Positions 1 to 8,762 of a DNA stretch of 60,756 nucleotides are shown one piece after another (within the stretch, counting starts at the first letter, position 1; each line of letters opens with the position of its first letter). Origin of the DNA: a virus (Duplodnaviria > Caudoviricetes); the IMG/VR virus record IMGVR_UViG_3300031977_001837, positions 1-60,756 of that record. One strand, 5' to 3'. Under the pieces are notes generated by a model. That model saw only the letters and a list, made by a program, of their open reading frames with translations, was not told the origin of the DNA and did not search any database. The position numbers and the translations under genes were made by a program.

Positions 1-1385
1 GGGTCGCTTGCGTCAGCAATACCGACCTTGATTCTGTTGCTTCCGCCAATCTCGCCTTTAGAATAAAGTGGCGCACCAAGAGGAATTGTTGAACCTTCAT
101 CGTTGCGAACATTGAAATGCACTGTGGACTCAACATCTCTATCGCCACGATACAAATGGCCGTCTTCGTTGTTAAGCCAAATAGTATCTTGGGGATTTGT
201 GCTTTCGGGATTCACAGCCTGCGGCGTAAATACCATACCCGTTGGGTCAATTAAACCACTAACTGTTAATTTACCATTAATATTAAAGTCTGAACCATCC
301 CATGTTAAATTAGAAGAATGACTTAATTTTTGTGAATTATTTCCAAAAAGTATTCTATTAGCGGGAATATAATTTAATCCTGTTCCACCAAATGAAACAT
401 TAAGATTGTAAAGTCCTTTGTAATAATATATTCCGTCTGCAATTGGAGTAAAACCCCATGTTCCTTTTATATTTGGTCTATTTACTAAATGAATAGTTGC
501 GCCATATGAGTCGTTTCCTTTTAATGACGAACCACGATTAATTGTTAAATCATTAAGAGAAACAACAGAACCAAAAGGCAAAAAAGCAAAAGAACCGCTA
601 CCATCTGCTGTTGAATCTAATATCCATTTACGCCAAGTAAAAGTCCATGTTCCCATTGTAGTATTTCCGCTAACTGGTAAAGTCCAACCGGAAGTTGTTG
701 TTTGAAAAGTCCATGTCCCATACCCTCCATCAAAAAAATAATTGCTTGTATTGTTAACTAATGAAAATTGCGCAGAAGTCCCAACAAGGTCTGTTGTTCC
801 TTCTATAATAAAATTCATCAATCTATCATCACTTGATGGAGTAGCAGAAGATGGCTCAACATTGACATCGCCAAACTTCATAGATAATACTTTTACATTA
901 TATTTATTATCTGCTAATGTTGGCGCAATATATTCTGGTCTAAAGCCATTTGTAAATTGTAAATGAGGATATGTGCCAGCATCTAAAGTAATGTAATAAG
1001 AACCATCAAACTTAAAAAGTAAATTATTTCTTGCTGAACTTGTTCTAAACATATCTGTTGTATTTATTTGAACATAAGTTTTGTTAGTATTGTATGCAGG
1101 CGCACCAGAAAATGTAATTGTAGTATTAGTTGTCGAATCAATGCAGTTATCAAGACTTACTGATAAACCAGTTTCTATTTCACAATTTGTATCAAATGTA
1201 ACAATACTTGTATAAGTTGAATCTATTTGTATTATTCCAACAGTAGCAATATCCCAATAACAAGCAAATGCGCTTAAATTATTAAATTGCGCAGTATCAC
1301 CAGTAGCGGGAACTCCTGTGGGTTTCCAATTTGCAGAATTATTTGCATTGCTATTAGAAGTAGCAACCCATTCATAAACAGTCAT
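1..1385 (-). CDS. Tail fibre / virion structural protein, N-terminal part (runs off the left edge; missing from the ORF track)
   Basis: ATG at 1385 (MTVYEWVATSNSNANNSANWKPTGVP...). The segments I translated (start and 1-300) are in the same open frame, ending ...GKLTVSGLIDPTG...NVRNDEGSTIPLGAPLYSKGEIGGSNRIKVGIADASDP. Rich in T/S/G/N and beta-like. Confidence 0.7.
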   Translation of the reverse strand, partial: MTVYEWVATSNSNANNSANWKPTGVPATGDTAQFNNLSAFACYWDIATVGIIQIDSTYTSIVTFDTNCEIETGLSVSLDNCIDSTTNTTITFSGAPAYNTNKTYVQINTTDMFRTSSARNNLLFKFDGSYYITLDAGTYPHLQFTNGFRPEYIAPTLADNKYNVKVLSMKFGDVNVEPSSATPSSDDRLMNFIIEGTTDLVGTSAQFSLVNNTSNYFFDGGYGTWTFQTTTSGWTLPVSGNTTMGTWTFTWRKWILDSTADGSGSFAFLPFGSVVSLNDLTINRGSSLKGNDSYGATIHLVNRPNIKGTWGFTPIADGIYYYKGLYNLNVSFGGTGLNYIPANRILFGNNSQKLSHSSNLTWDGSDFNINGKLTVSGLIDPTGMVFTPQAVNPESTNPQDTIWLNNEDGHLYRGDRDVESTVHFNVRNDEGSTIPLGAPLYSKGEIGGSNRIKVGIADASD

Positions 1386-1390
1386 TTAAC

Positions 1391-1789
1391 TTACACCTGC
1401 CTTGAGTCGCTACTATTTATGTGAAAAGCAGACCCTTCGGCTTCGGCTATTTGTTTTACTAATCTGTCTGCTTGTGTTTCAAAGGATTTCATCTGAGCAG
1501 TTAATCTTATATCAGTCCTTCTTTGTTCCGGTTCTGGAACATACATAGGGATGGTATCAATCATTACTCTTAGACAATCAACACAAACTAAAAATTTAAT
1601 TGCTGATTCGCACTCTGTATCAGTAACTCCACTACCTTCTGCTACTCCATATAATGAAGAACTTCTGCGCATTCTTGTAATTTGCGCAGAACGAATAGTA
1701 ATGTATTCAGTGATTGTTGCGTCATTCAAACCTCTCGGTCTGTTTAACAAATCACGAATCTGACTTACTGTTGGATTTGTTATTGCCAC
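1391..1789 (-). CDS. Putative head-tail connector/adaptor protein
   Basis: 132 aa helical protein downstream of MCP; N-terminal PTVSQIRDLL pattern resembles connector proteins. Confidence 0.5.
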   Translation of the reverse strand: MAITNPTVSQIRDLLNRPRGLNDATITEYITIRSAQITRMRRSSSLYGVAEGSGVTDTECESAIKFLVCVDCLRVMIDTIPMYVPEPEQRRTDIRLTAQMKSFETQADRLVKQIAEAEGSAFHINSSDSRQV

Positions 1790-2186
1790 TCTTCTTCACC
1801 TTTTCACTGCTTTTCTTCTTTGGTGTTGATTTCTTTTCAACCTTTGGCTTTTCTGCTTTAGGCTCTGAATAAGTTTCTGTTTTAGGAACATCAATTAAAG
1901 TATGAACATCTTCACTGTAAAAAGCACGACCCATAGGGAACATTGCGCCTGTTTTAATCAAAGTGCGTGCAAAATCACTATTAGGAACAAAGACCACTGT
2001 TCCAAAAGGAATCTCGGCAGGTAAAGACTGCTTTGCATAAAATCGAGTTTTAATTCTGCGAAAAAGATAACCTTTACCTTCTCCCCAAGTGTTAAGTCTG
2101 TGCATCATTGCATCATAAGAATCTTCTTTTGGTAAAGGAATACCTTTATCTTTCAAAGCCTTAGCAACTGATGCTTTACTCTTCAT
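1752..2186 (-). CDS. Hypothetical protein with Lys-rich C-terminal tail
   Basis: ORF in the head operon; likely start at ATG 2186 (MKSKAS). Confidence 0.6.
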   Translation of the reverse strand: MKSKASVAKALKDKGIPLPKEDSYDAMMHRLNTWGEGKGYLFRRIKTRFYAKQSLPAEIPFGTVVFVPNSDFARTLIKTGAMFPMGRAFYSEDVHTLIDVPKTETYSEPKAEKPKVEKKSTPKKKSSEKVKKSGNNKSNSKSDS

Positions 2187-2400
2187 CCTTAACAACCTCT
2201 TCGATTATTTTGTCAATAGGCTTGTCTTCTTTTTTAGCCTTAGTCTTTGGTTTAGACTTTGGCTTAGAAAAAGTTGCGCACAAGTCTGCAACTTTGCGTC
2301 TGCTTGTTTCAAGAGAAACTAAGTCGGCTTCATCCTTAGACAAAGCACGACCTAATCTCTTTTCAGCGTATGCTATCAGAAAACTTGCTCTTTCAGACAA
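2176..2400 (-). CDS. Hypothetical basic protein
   Basis: TTG start preceded by a GGTGA RBS, directly after MCP. Confidence 0.6.
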   Translation of the reverse strand: MSERASFLIAYAEKRLGRALSKDEADLVSLETSRRKVADLCATFSKPKSKPKTKAKKEDKPIDKIIEEVVKDEE

Positions 2401-2419
2401 CTTAAATCACCGCCTAACT

Positions 2420-3322
2420 TCAAGCGGTAATGTTAGTAATCTTACAAATTCTGTTGTTCTTTCCGCTTGCTGCACCGTCTTGGTGTTCGTGAACAACACA
2501 AGCCATGTAGCCAGTTAGCATCCAATCGTAACCAACGCCCGGAATACGGGTTAGTTCAGTCTCTTGGAAACCATCACCGTTGTATTGAAGGAACTCTGCT
2601 GTTTCTGCACCCGGAATAAGTAGCAAAGCAGTGTCGTCAAGTAGTGAATCACGGCTGTAATAGATAGTTAGGTTAGCCATTCTTGACAAATGCTCTGCAA
2701 GTGACTCAACAACATTTCCGTATAGAGTTGTTTGCATCAAAACGCTTCGGTGCTTTGTTGGAACAATTAGAGCCATTGGCTCGTCACCAGAAACACGACC
2801 AAATTCAAAGATTTTATCCATAGCATCAAGAATGTTTGCTTCTGCGTCACCGCTTCCGCTATCCCATTCTGCACCACCGCCAACTGTCACGCTTTGGCCT
2901 GCACCATCAATAAGAGCAGAAATGATTAGGTTGTCAATAACAGATGCCCTGTTTCTAACAATAGCCATTTGTTGTCTATCCATGTTCTCAAAGGTTTCTC
3001 CACGAAGTAGTGTGGAGTCAAGGAAAATACATCGGCCTTGACCCTTCTTTAAGTGAACTGAGTAGTTTTCTGTTCCAATCTTGGTTGGGTCTGCTACTGC
3101 ATTGTCAGCAAGAGGATAAGTAAATGTTCCTTCTGCGCCAGTATACCATGTGAACTCAAGGTATGGAACAGAGCGAACTCCGACAACCTGTGTTCCTACT
3201 GCGATAGTAGTTGATTGTAGTTCGATAAAGTCTCTTAGAGTCTGCTCAAGAACTGCATCGGCTTGTCCGAATGGCCCTGCTGCTGCTTCAACTGTCAAAA
3301 TCTCTTCTAATGTTTTGTTCAT
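2420..3322 (-). CDS. Major capsid protein (probable HK97 fold)
   Basis: About 300 aa, follows protease/scaffold and cement genes; GGAG RBS before ATG 3322; C-terminal RICKITNITA-type ending typical of MCPs. Confidence 0.8.
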   Translation of the reverse strand: MNKTLEEILTVEAAAGPFGQADAVLEQTLRDFIELQSTTIAVGTQVVGVRSVPYLEFTWYTGAEGTFTYPLADNAVADPTKIGTENYSVHLKKGQGRCIFLDSTLLRGETFENMDRQQMAIVRNRASVIDNLIISALIDGAGQSVTVGGGAEWDSGSGDAEANILDAMDKIFEFGRVSGDEPMALIVPTKHRSVLMQTTLYGNVVESLAEHLSRMANLTIYYSRDSLLDDTALLLIPGAETAEFLQYNGDGFQETELTRIPGVGYDWMLTGYMACVVHEHQDGAASGKNNRICKITNITA

Positions 3323-3350
3323 ATTTTTCATCTCCTATTTTTTTTTAATT

Positions 3351-3746
3351 TTAAGCAATCGCTGCCCCTTGTGTGTTAACTGGAATAAGGTCTCCATCAG
3401 CAGAAGTTGTTTCGCCGGAACCTACATAAAGTCCGAGTTTCTTGTTAGAACCAACAGTCTTTGAAGCAAGTCCACTTGCGTCAACATATACTGTGTCTCC
3501 CAAAGCCCATGTTAGACCTGTCTTAGATGCTACCATAAGGACTCCGCCAAGTGGGTAATAAGATACTGTTCCGCCCGATACAAGACCGCTTGCATCACGC
3601 TCTGATTCATCAGCAGATACACCGATACATACTTCGGTGACTGCGCTCAAGTCAAGAGTATTTGTTCCATCTTGTGCAAGCAAGTAGCCAATACCAGTGA
3701 CGGTTGTTCCCGCCTTTAGTGTTCCGTTTCTTGGGTTATTCAACAT
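3351..3746 (-). CDS. Capsid cement/decoration protein (DUF2190-like)
   Basis: Small G/T/V-rich protein with CIGVS, GDTVYVDASG and KKLGLYV motifs, between scaffold and MCP. Confidence 0.6.
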   Translation of the reverse strand: MLNNPRNGTLKAGTTVTGIGYLLAQDGTNTLDLSAVTEVCIGVSADESERDASGLVSGGTVSYYPLGGVLMVASKTGLTWALGDTVYVDASGLASKTVGSNKKLGLYVGSGETTSADGDLIPVNTQGAAIA

Positions 3747-3762
3747 TTTTTTCATCTCCTAA

Positions 3763-4287
3763 TTATAGTTTATTTTGTTCTTTTGCCTGTTCAAAAGTTA
3801 GTGCGCCCATTCTTTCACGCTCAGATGCAGACAAGGTTTGGTTCCAAGCCTTAGCCCATGCGTTATATGCCTTTGCATAAATGTCAACGGGAGTTTCAAG
3901 TCTTTTTCTGTTAAGGAAGTTAGCGACTACTTCTGTTGTCTTTTCGACTCTTTCAGTAGCCTCAACATTTGAAGCAACTGGTGTCATTTCCTTTACTTCT
4001 TCTGTTGGGATTTTTGCTTCAAAGGATGCAATAATTGATTCAATGGTTTCTGCCGGCAAATCATTAACGCCTGCAATTCCCATTTTTGTTGCCTTTTCAA
4101 CAAGAGCAAGTCTTGCTTCTTCGACCTTTGCTTCTTCAGATGCTTTGATTTCAGCCAACTCGCTTTCCTTTTCTGCCAATGAAGCCTTTAGAGCCTCAAT
4201 TTCTGCGGAATAATCAATTTCTTCAGCGATAGGAGTTTCAACAACTTCCTCTTCGCTAATTTCGGATGCAATAATTTCTTCGGACAT
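3763..4287 (-). CDS. Possible separately translated scaffold protein (internal in-frame start, 174 aa)
   Basis: In-frame ATG at 4287 (MSEEIIASE) preceded by GGAGAG and a TTTATTAA box at 4331-4338. Confidence 0.55.
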   Translation of the reverse strand: MSEEIIASEISEEEVVETPIAEEIDYSAEIEALKASLAEKESELAEIKASEEAKVEEARLALVEKATKMGIAGVNDLPAETIESIIASFEAKIPTEEVKEMTPVASNVEATERVEKTTEVVANFLNRKRLETPVDIYAKAYNAWAKAWNQTLSASERERMGALTFEQAKEQNKL

Positions 4288-6258
4288 TGGGTTTCTCTCC
4301 GTTGCGATAGAAGGCACAGAATCTATATGATTAATAAAAGATTCTGAAGATTCGGCCATTTTTACCCTTGAAACGCTTTCAATCTTTGCGCCGGAGTAAG
4401 CAGGCTTGTGAACAATAGCAAGATGGTCAAATTGAAAATCGCTTTCAAAGGTCATAATCATTCTGCCATCTTCTGCTTCAACCATATCATCGGGAATGCC
4501 ACTACCACCAATAGATACTCCATACCCTTGTCTTAACCAAAGACCGGATTCAAGAGCCTCAAACAATTCTTTGCGGTGAACTTCTGCTTTGAAGCGAACT
4601 TCCCAAGAGCCTCCAAATTTGTCAACAACAGATGCCTCAGTAACAAATCCAACAACTGCTTCTTCGACTCCGCCATTCATATTACGCTTAAAGCGACCAT
4701 TTTCAGAAGTCGGATGATTTAATGTTAAATCTGCACCAACCATTTGCGCAACTGCTAAATCTGCGCCAGTTCTGGTTATTTCCCAACCATTTTTATTTAC
4801 GCCTTGATGAAATGCAATACCGGATATAGCAATAATATATTCTCCTGTATCTGCTTGTAATACCATATCATCAACAGAAATATCATCAATATCTAATTCA
4901 AATGCTACTTTAACACACATACCATTTTTCTTTTCATATCCGCTTCTGCATTCACCATCTGTATGATAAGATGCTTCTTCTTTGAAATTATGTCCTTCAT
5001 GCGCCTTCATACATTCTTGACTGCTAAAGCCCATTTGTGTGCAACGACTCATAAATTCATCATGAGTTTCATCATTAGAAGGTGCAGGCACAGTATGTTC
5101 GTCTGCTTTTACATCATCACAACTATTACAGCCACAACCACAGCCCATAACTGTATGTGAGTTTTTGGATGATTTATTAAATTCGCTACTTGTATAATCT
5201 GTCACTGACTTGTCTCTTTCCCACATTTTACAAGACCAATATCGGGGAGTAGTCTTATCTTTAGCAGTATCACAAGAATGTCTATCACGGAATGCTTTGC
5301 GTCTTTTTGGGTCATCACGCTTGATTTCCATATTAGGGTCGCCAAACCTTACTATAATGACATTACCTTTTTCATTTTGAACATAAACTGCAAACTTCTT
5401 TTTTTCTTTAGGTGTTCTAAATGGTTTGTTAAGTTTTACTTTGCGACCTTGATATTCTGCGCCTTCAAACTCAACTCCATCCCAATCTTCATAGTCTTCT
5501 CCATCTTCACTTGCTCTGGGGTGAGACTTAGGCAATAAGTCATTGTCTTGCTTGTAATTTGGGTTGCTTGGTCTTCCGTTTCGCAAAAGATAAAGGAAGG
5601 CTTTGACTCTTGCGATTCCCCAACCTGTTCTTGACATGTTTGGTGCATGACTACGGCTAAAAGCACCAGCACCCCTACGAAAGACAGACTTTAACCTACC
5701 CATAGTAGCCTTTGAGCCTTTACCTTTCTTTTCGACTTTTTTGTTATGCTCTTGCATCATTTTGCGCAATCGGGCTTCGGTTTCCTTACTAACTTGAATA
5801 TTTTTGTTAGGTTTTTTAGCAGAACCCGGTTTATTTTTCTTTGACCCTTTTTTGCGCTCACTTGGTTTAGCGGGAGTCTTACGAGGGTCATTTTTACCCG
5901 GCCTTCCATATTGTAGTGCGCTTAATTCTTGTTCAGCATCGGGGTCATTTTTACGATACCATTCGATAAACTCTTTTTCTGTTTTTGCGGGAAAATACAT
6001 AATTGTGCCGTCTGCCATTTTTGACTCATGTATTTCTCCACCAAAACCAATTTCCATAGATTTTTTGCGTGCGCCTTCGGGAGTTGAAAAAATATAGTCT
6101 TCCATTTTTGCTTCAACTCCCTTTTCAAAATAAGAATTGCATACCGCAGCCCTTTGTTGTGGATTACCAAATTCGTCAACCATTTTATTATCTCCCATAC
6201 AACGGGACATAAAGTCATCTTTACTCTCATTAGGTCGAGGGTCGGGCATAATAATCAC
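3763..6258 (-). CDS. Prohead protease-scaffold polyprotein with N-terminal basic modules
   Basis: Protease-like core (GIAFHQGVNKNG, LTLNHP, VSIGG, FDHLAIVHKPAY) and acidic coiled-coil scaffold C-terminus; located between portal and MCP. Confidence 0.75.
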   Translation of the reverse strand: MIIMPDPRPNESKDDFMSRCMGDNKMVDEFGNPQQRAAVCNSYFEKGVEAKMEDYIFSTPEGARKKSMEIGFGGEIHESKMADGTIMYFPAKTEKEFIEWYRKNDPDAEQELSALQYGRPGKNDPRKTPAKPSERKKGSKKNKPGSAKKPNKNIQVSKETEARLRKMMQEHNKKVEKKGKGSKATMGRLKSVFRRGAGAFSRSHAPNMSRTGWGIARVKAFLYLLRNGRPSNPNYKQDNDLLPKSHPRASEDGEDYEDWDGVEFEGAEYQGRKVKLNKPFRTPKEKKKFAVYVQNEKGNVIIVRFGDPNMEIKRDDPKRRKAFRDRHSCDTAKDKTTPRYWSCKMWERDKSVTDYTSSEFNKSSKNSHTVMGCGCGCNSCDDVKADEHTVPAPSNDETHDEFMSRCTQMGFSSQECMKAHEGHNFKEEASYHTDGECRSGYEKKNGMCVKVAFELDIDDISVDDMVLQADTGEYIIAISGIAFHQGVNKNGWEITRTGADLAVAQMVGADLTLNHPTSENGRFKRNMNGGVEEAVVGFVTEASVVDKFGGSWEVRFKAEVHRKELFEALESGLWLRQGYGVSIGGSGIPDDMVEAEDGRMIMTFESDFQFDHLAIVHKPAYSGAKIESVSRVKMAESSESFINHIDSVPSIATERNPMSEEIIASEISEEEVVETPIAEEIDYSAEIEALKASLAEKESELAEIKASEEAKVEEARLALVEKATKMGIAGVNDLPAETIESIIASFEAKIPTEEVKEMTPVASNVEATERVEKTTEVVANFLNRKRLETPVDIYAKAYNAWAKAWNQTLSASERERMGALTFEQAKEQNKL

Positions 6259-6674
6259 TTAGTTTTTTTAGTATCGCCTTTACACATTTCATGTTCGTGC
6301 GATTGTTGTAAAGTATGGATTTTGTGTTCGTGTTCTTGAGCAAGGCTTTCTAATTTCATTGTATGAGTTTGATGCTGTTGCTCTAATTCTCTTTGATGTT
6401 TTTGTTCAGTTGGTATATTATCAACTTCTTGGGTTTGTTCTGATTCCCACATGCGCAAAACAGTTTGTAGCGCAGGCGCAGCAGTTCCACCAATAATAGC
6501 AATAAGTGCGATAAATCCATCAAGATTCATCAAAACTACATCGGGTTTCCATATACCCATACCAACAACTGCACCACAAGAAAGTAACCAAAGATAAATT
6601 GCAGGCAAAACAGTGCGTTTTACCATTCTATCGTTGAATGACATACTCTTTGAGCGAGAGTTAGCACTACCCAT
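6255..6674 (-). CDS. Two-TM membrane protein with His/Gln-rich coiled tail (possible holin/lysis protein)
   Basis: Two hydrophobic segments; likely start ATG 6674. Confidence 0.5.
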   Translation of the reverse strand: MGSANSRSKSMSFNDRMVKRTVLPAIYLWLLSCGAVVGMGIWKPDVVLMNLDGFIALIAIIGGTAAPALQTVLRMWESEQTQEVDNIPTEQKHQRELEQQHQTHTMKLESLAQEHEHKIHTLQQSHEHEMCKGDTKKTK

Positions 6675-6712
6675 GATTTTTCGACTGTATGTGTGTCTTT
6701 TAATCATTATTA

Positions 6713-6961
6713 TTAAATTACCATTTGACTACCAGTAATTACTATACTAATAAATCCTATACCTGTTAACATTACTTTTTTAATCAAATCAAAGCCTTCT
6801 TGTAAAACTTTATTCTGAATGCGCAATTCTCCTTCAAGTCCAGCAAGCCTTGCTTCTGCTTTTGATTGCGCTTTTACAATTTGCGCAGAAAGAGTTTTTA
6901 AGTCCTTTACATCTTCTTCAAGACTTTCAACTCTAAACTCTAACACATCGTCAGACATCAC
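6713..6961 (-). CDS. Coiled-coil protein with C-terminal TM helix (XhlA/holin-like architecture)
   Basis: RVESLEEDVKDLK coiled coil followed by a hydrophobic C-terminus. Confidence 0.5.
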   Translation of the reverse strand: MMSDDVLEFRVESLEEDVKDLKTLSAQIVKAQSKAEARLAGLEGELRIQNKVLQEGFDLIKKVMLTGIGFISIVITGSQMVI

Positions 6962-8334
6962 ATTTCACCTTCTCTCGGCAATTCGCCAGTTGGTGTTCTT
7001 GTTCCGCCTTCTTTTCTGGTATCTGCGCCTTCTTCGACAGGAAGCGCAACAACATCAAGGGCTTGATTTAGCGTTAATACGCCTGCATCATACCCTAATG
7101 TGGCTCGACGCATTTTGTCAAGACGAGTTTCTTCATCAACTGGTTCAAACACAAGGTCAGGTAAGTCAGATTTTACATGGTTAATTTTTAACAAATTTAA
7201 GTGCGCAGAAAATAATTCCATTACAGACTGTCGCAAAATGCTTTGTATGCGTCGAATTGCATTGCTTGCCCATAAGTTTGCAGTATAAGATGCCGCAAAA
7301 GTGCTACCTTTCTCTTGACCGGCTGCTGTGCGTGGCACTTGTAAAACTGCTGCAATGTCTGCATTTACATTGTCAAGGAATGATGTTGTGTCGGGTATTG
7401 CGCTTCTTTGGTCTATATGTTGTATCTTTACATAGTCTGGGAAAATTGGCACTTGGTCGCCACGAAGCGACTCCATTGTGTCAATTACTTGATTCATAAT
7501 GTAAAGCAGTCTATCTCTTTGCTCATCGGGGTTTTGTATGTGCTTTACTGCTTCCATATCAATTGTAATAAATTGTTTTGTCATTGCATCTTCAATAGCA
7601 ATTCTGTTGTTAATACTATTATACTTTGCACGAATGGCTTGCTTTAGTGCTGTAAAACGGGATGAACCCCAAATACCATAAGTTATCCTTGCTTCGTTAT
7701 CTGTGAACCAATTACTTCTGTAATCCATGCGTATGTGCAATATTTCGTCTGATGGAAACTCTTGCATTGTTGTTTCTCCTTCACGCAAAAAATACCTTTG
7801 CGGTTCGATAACAGGGTCATTTTCATCAGCAGTTGCAGTTCTATTTCTATCGTCAAGTATTGTAATTTGACCTATCGGTAAGTTTTGCACATCAGTTATA
7901 CCTTCACGGCTTGTTCCTACAAGTTTATTGACATCATTTCCATAAACCATAAGATTTCTCATAGCATTAATAAGAATATCATCAAAATCTATTTTATCAA
8001 TCATTTCTTGTAAAGCATTTCTAATTCGTGCATTTTTTGCGCTGCGCCAATTGATTGTATAATTGTTAGCAGTTAGCGATACTGCACGCACTGCACCATT
8101 AAGTTCGGGGTCAAGTTTAAGCATTTCGTCAAAAAGATAAAAGTCATTATCAAAGTTAGAGTCATCTCTTAACTGATTTGTTTCATTTACAATATCCGAC
8201 AAACCTGCAATCATAGTGAATGGGCTTCTGTGGCCTACATTATATCGTAAGTCACCTTCAAAGGCCATAACTACTTTTGGTTCCTCATTTTTCGATGGAG
8301 ATTTTTTAGAACCAAAAAAGGGAAATCGTGCCAT
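6958..8334 (-). CDS. Portal protein
   Basis: 458 aa with MRNLMVYGN, EILHIR, YGIWGSS, DIAAVLQVP and GVLTLNQA motifs typical of portals; first gene of the head operon. Confidence 0.85.
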   Translation of the reverse strand: MARFPFFGSKKSPSKNEEPKVVMAFEGDLRYNVGHRSPFTMIAGLSDIVNETNQLRDDSNFDNDFYLFDEMLKLDPELNGAVRAVSLTANNYTINWRSAKNARIRNALQEMIDKIDFDDILINAMRNLMVYGNDVNKLVGTSREGITDVQNLPIGQITILDDRNRTATADENDPVIEPQRYFLREGETTMQEFPSDEILHIRMDYRSNWFTDNEARITYGIWGSSRFTALKQAIRAKYNSINNRIAIEDAMTKQFITIDMEAVKHIQNPDEQRDRLLYIMNQVIDTMESLRGDQVPIFPDYVKIQHIDQRSAIPDTTSFLDNVNADIAAVLQVPRTAAGQEKGSTFAASYTANLWASNAIRRIQSILRQSVMELFSAHLNLLKINHVKSDLPDLVFEPVDEETRLDKMRRATLGYDAGVLTLNQALDVVALPVEEGADTRKEGGTRTPTGELPREGEM

Positions 8335-8504
8335 GTTGCGTCTTATGAAGGGTTATCTCTTAAAGGTATTCCCAAAGAACGATAATAAAACACGAAAAAG
8401 CCACATAACATTGATAGCGAATGAATAATTTAATAATCGGAACTGCCACATTAGTAATACTTGAACTTCTTTGGTGGACTTGTGTATTATTTATTCTTTT
8501 TACG

Positions 8505-8720
8505 AGAAAAAAAGAATTGAGAAAAAATAAATGGAAAGCAGTCATGCTTTTATCGTTTATTCTTTTAATTATTCTAATAGTATTAAAATTATTTAACTAA
8601 GAATAAATAGCGGGCTTTTTTTCTAAATACCTAAGAAGAAATAAAAAAATAAATAAAACAGGCTTTTAGTAAGTTGATTATTTCTTTTTTAATTCTTTCA
8701 GAGACCTAAAAAGAATTAAT
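8505..8720. repeat. AT-rich element copy A (homologous to 25098-25300), inverted-arm structure
   Basis: Shares blocks AAAGAATT..GAAA.AAATAAA, TTTATTCTTT.AATTATTCT, TAAGAAGAAATAAAAAAATAA and AATTCTTTCAGA...AAAAAGAATTA in the same order as copy B. Confidence 0.8.
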
Positions 8721-8762
8721 TTGAGGGAACTATTAAAAGGTAAATGCTCTTAGGTAATATCA

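Noticed and set aside
103-8545. Short + strand ORFs opposite the head genes, and similar antisense ORFs elsewhere
   Set aside because: Shadows of longer, well-supported genes on the other strand.
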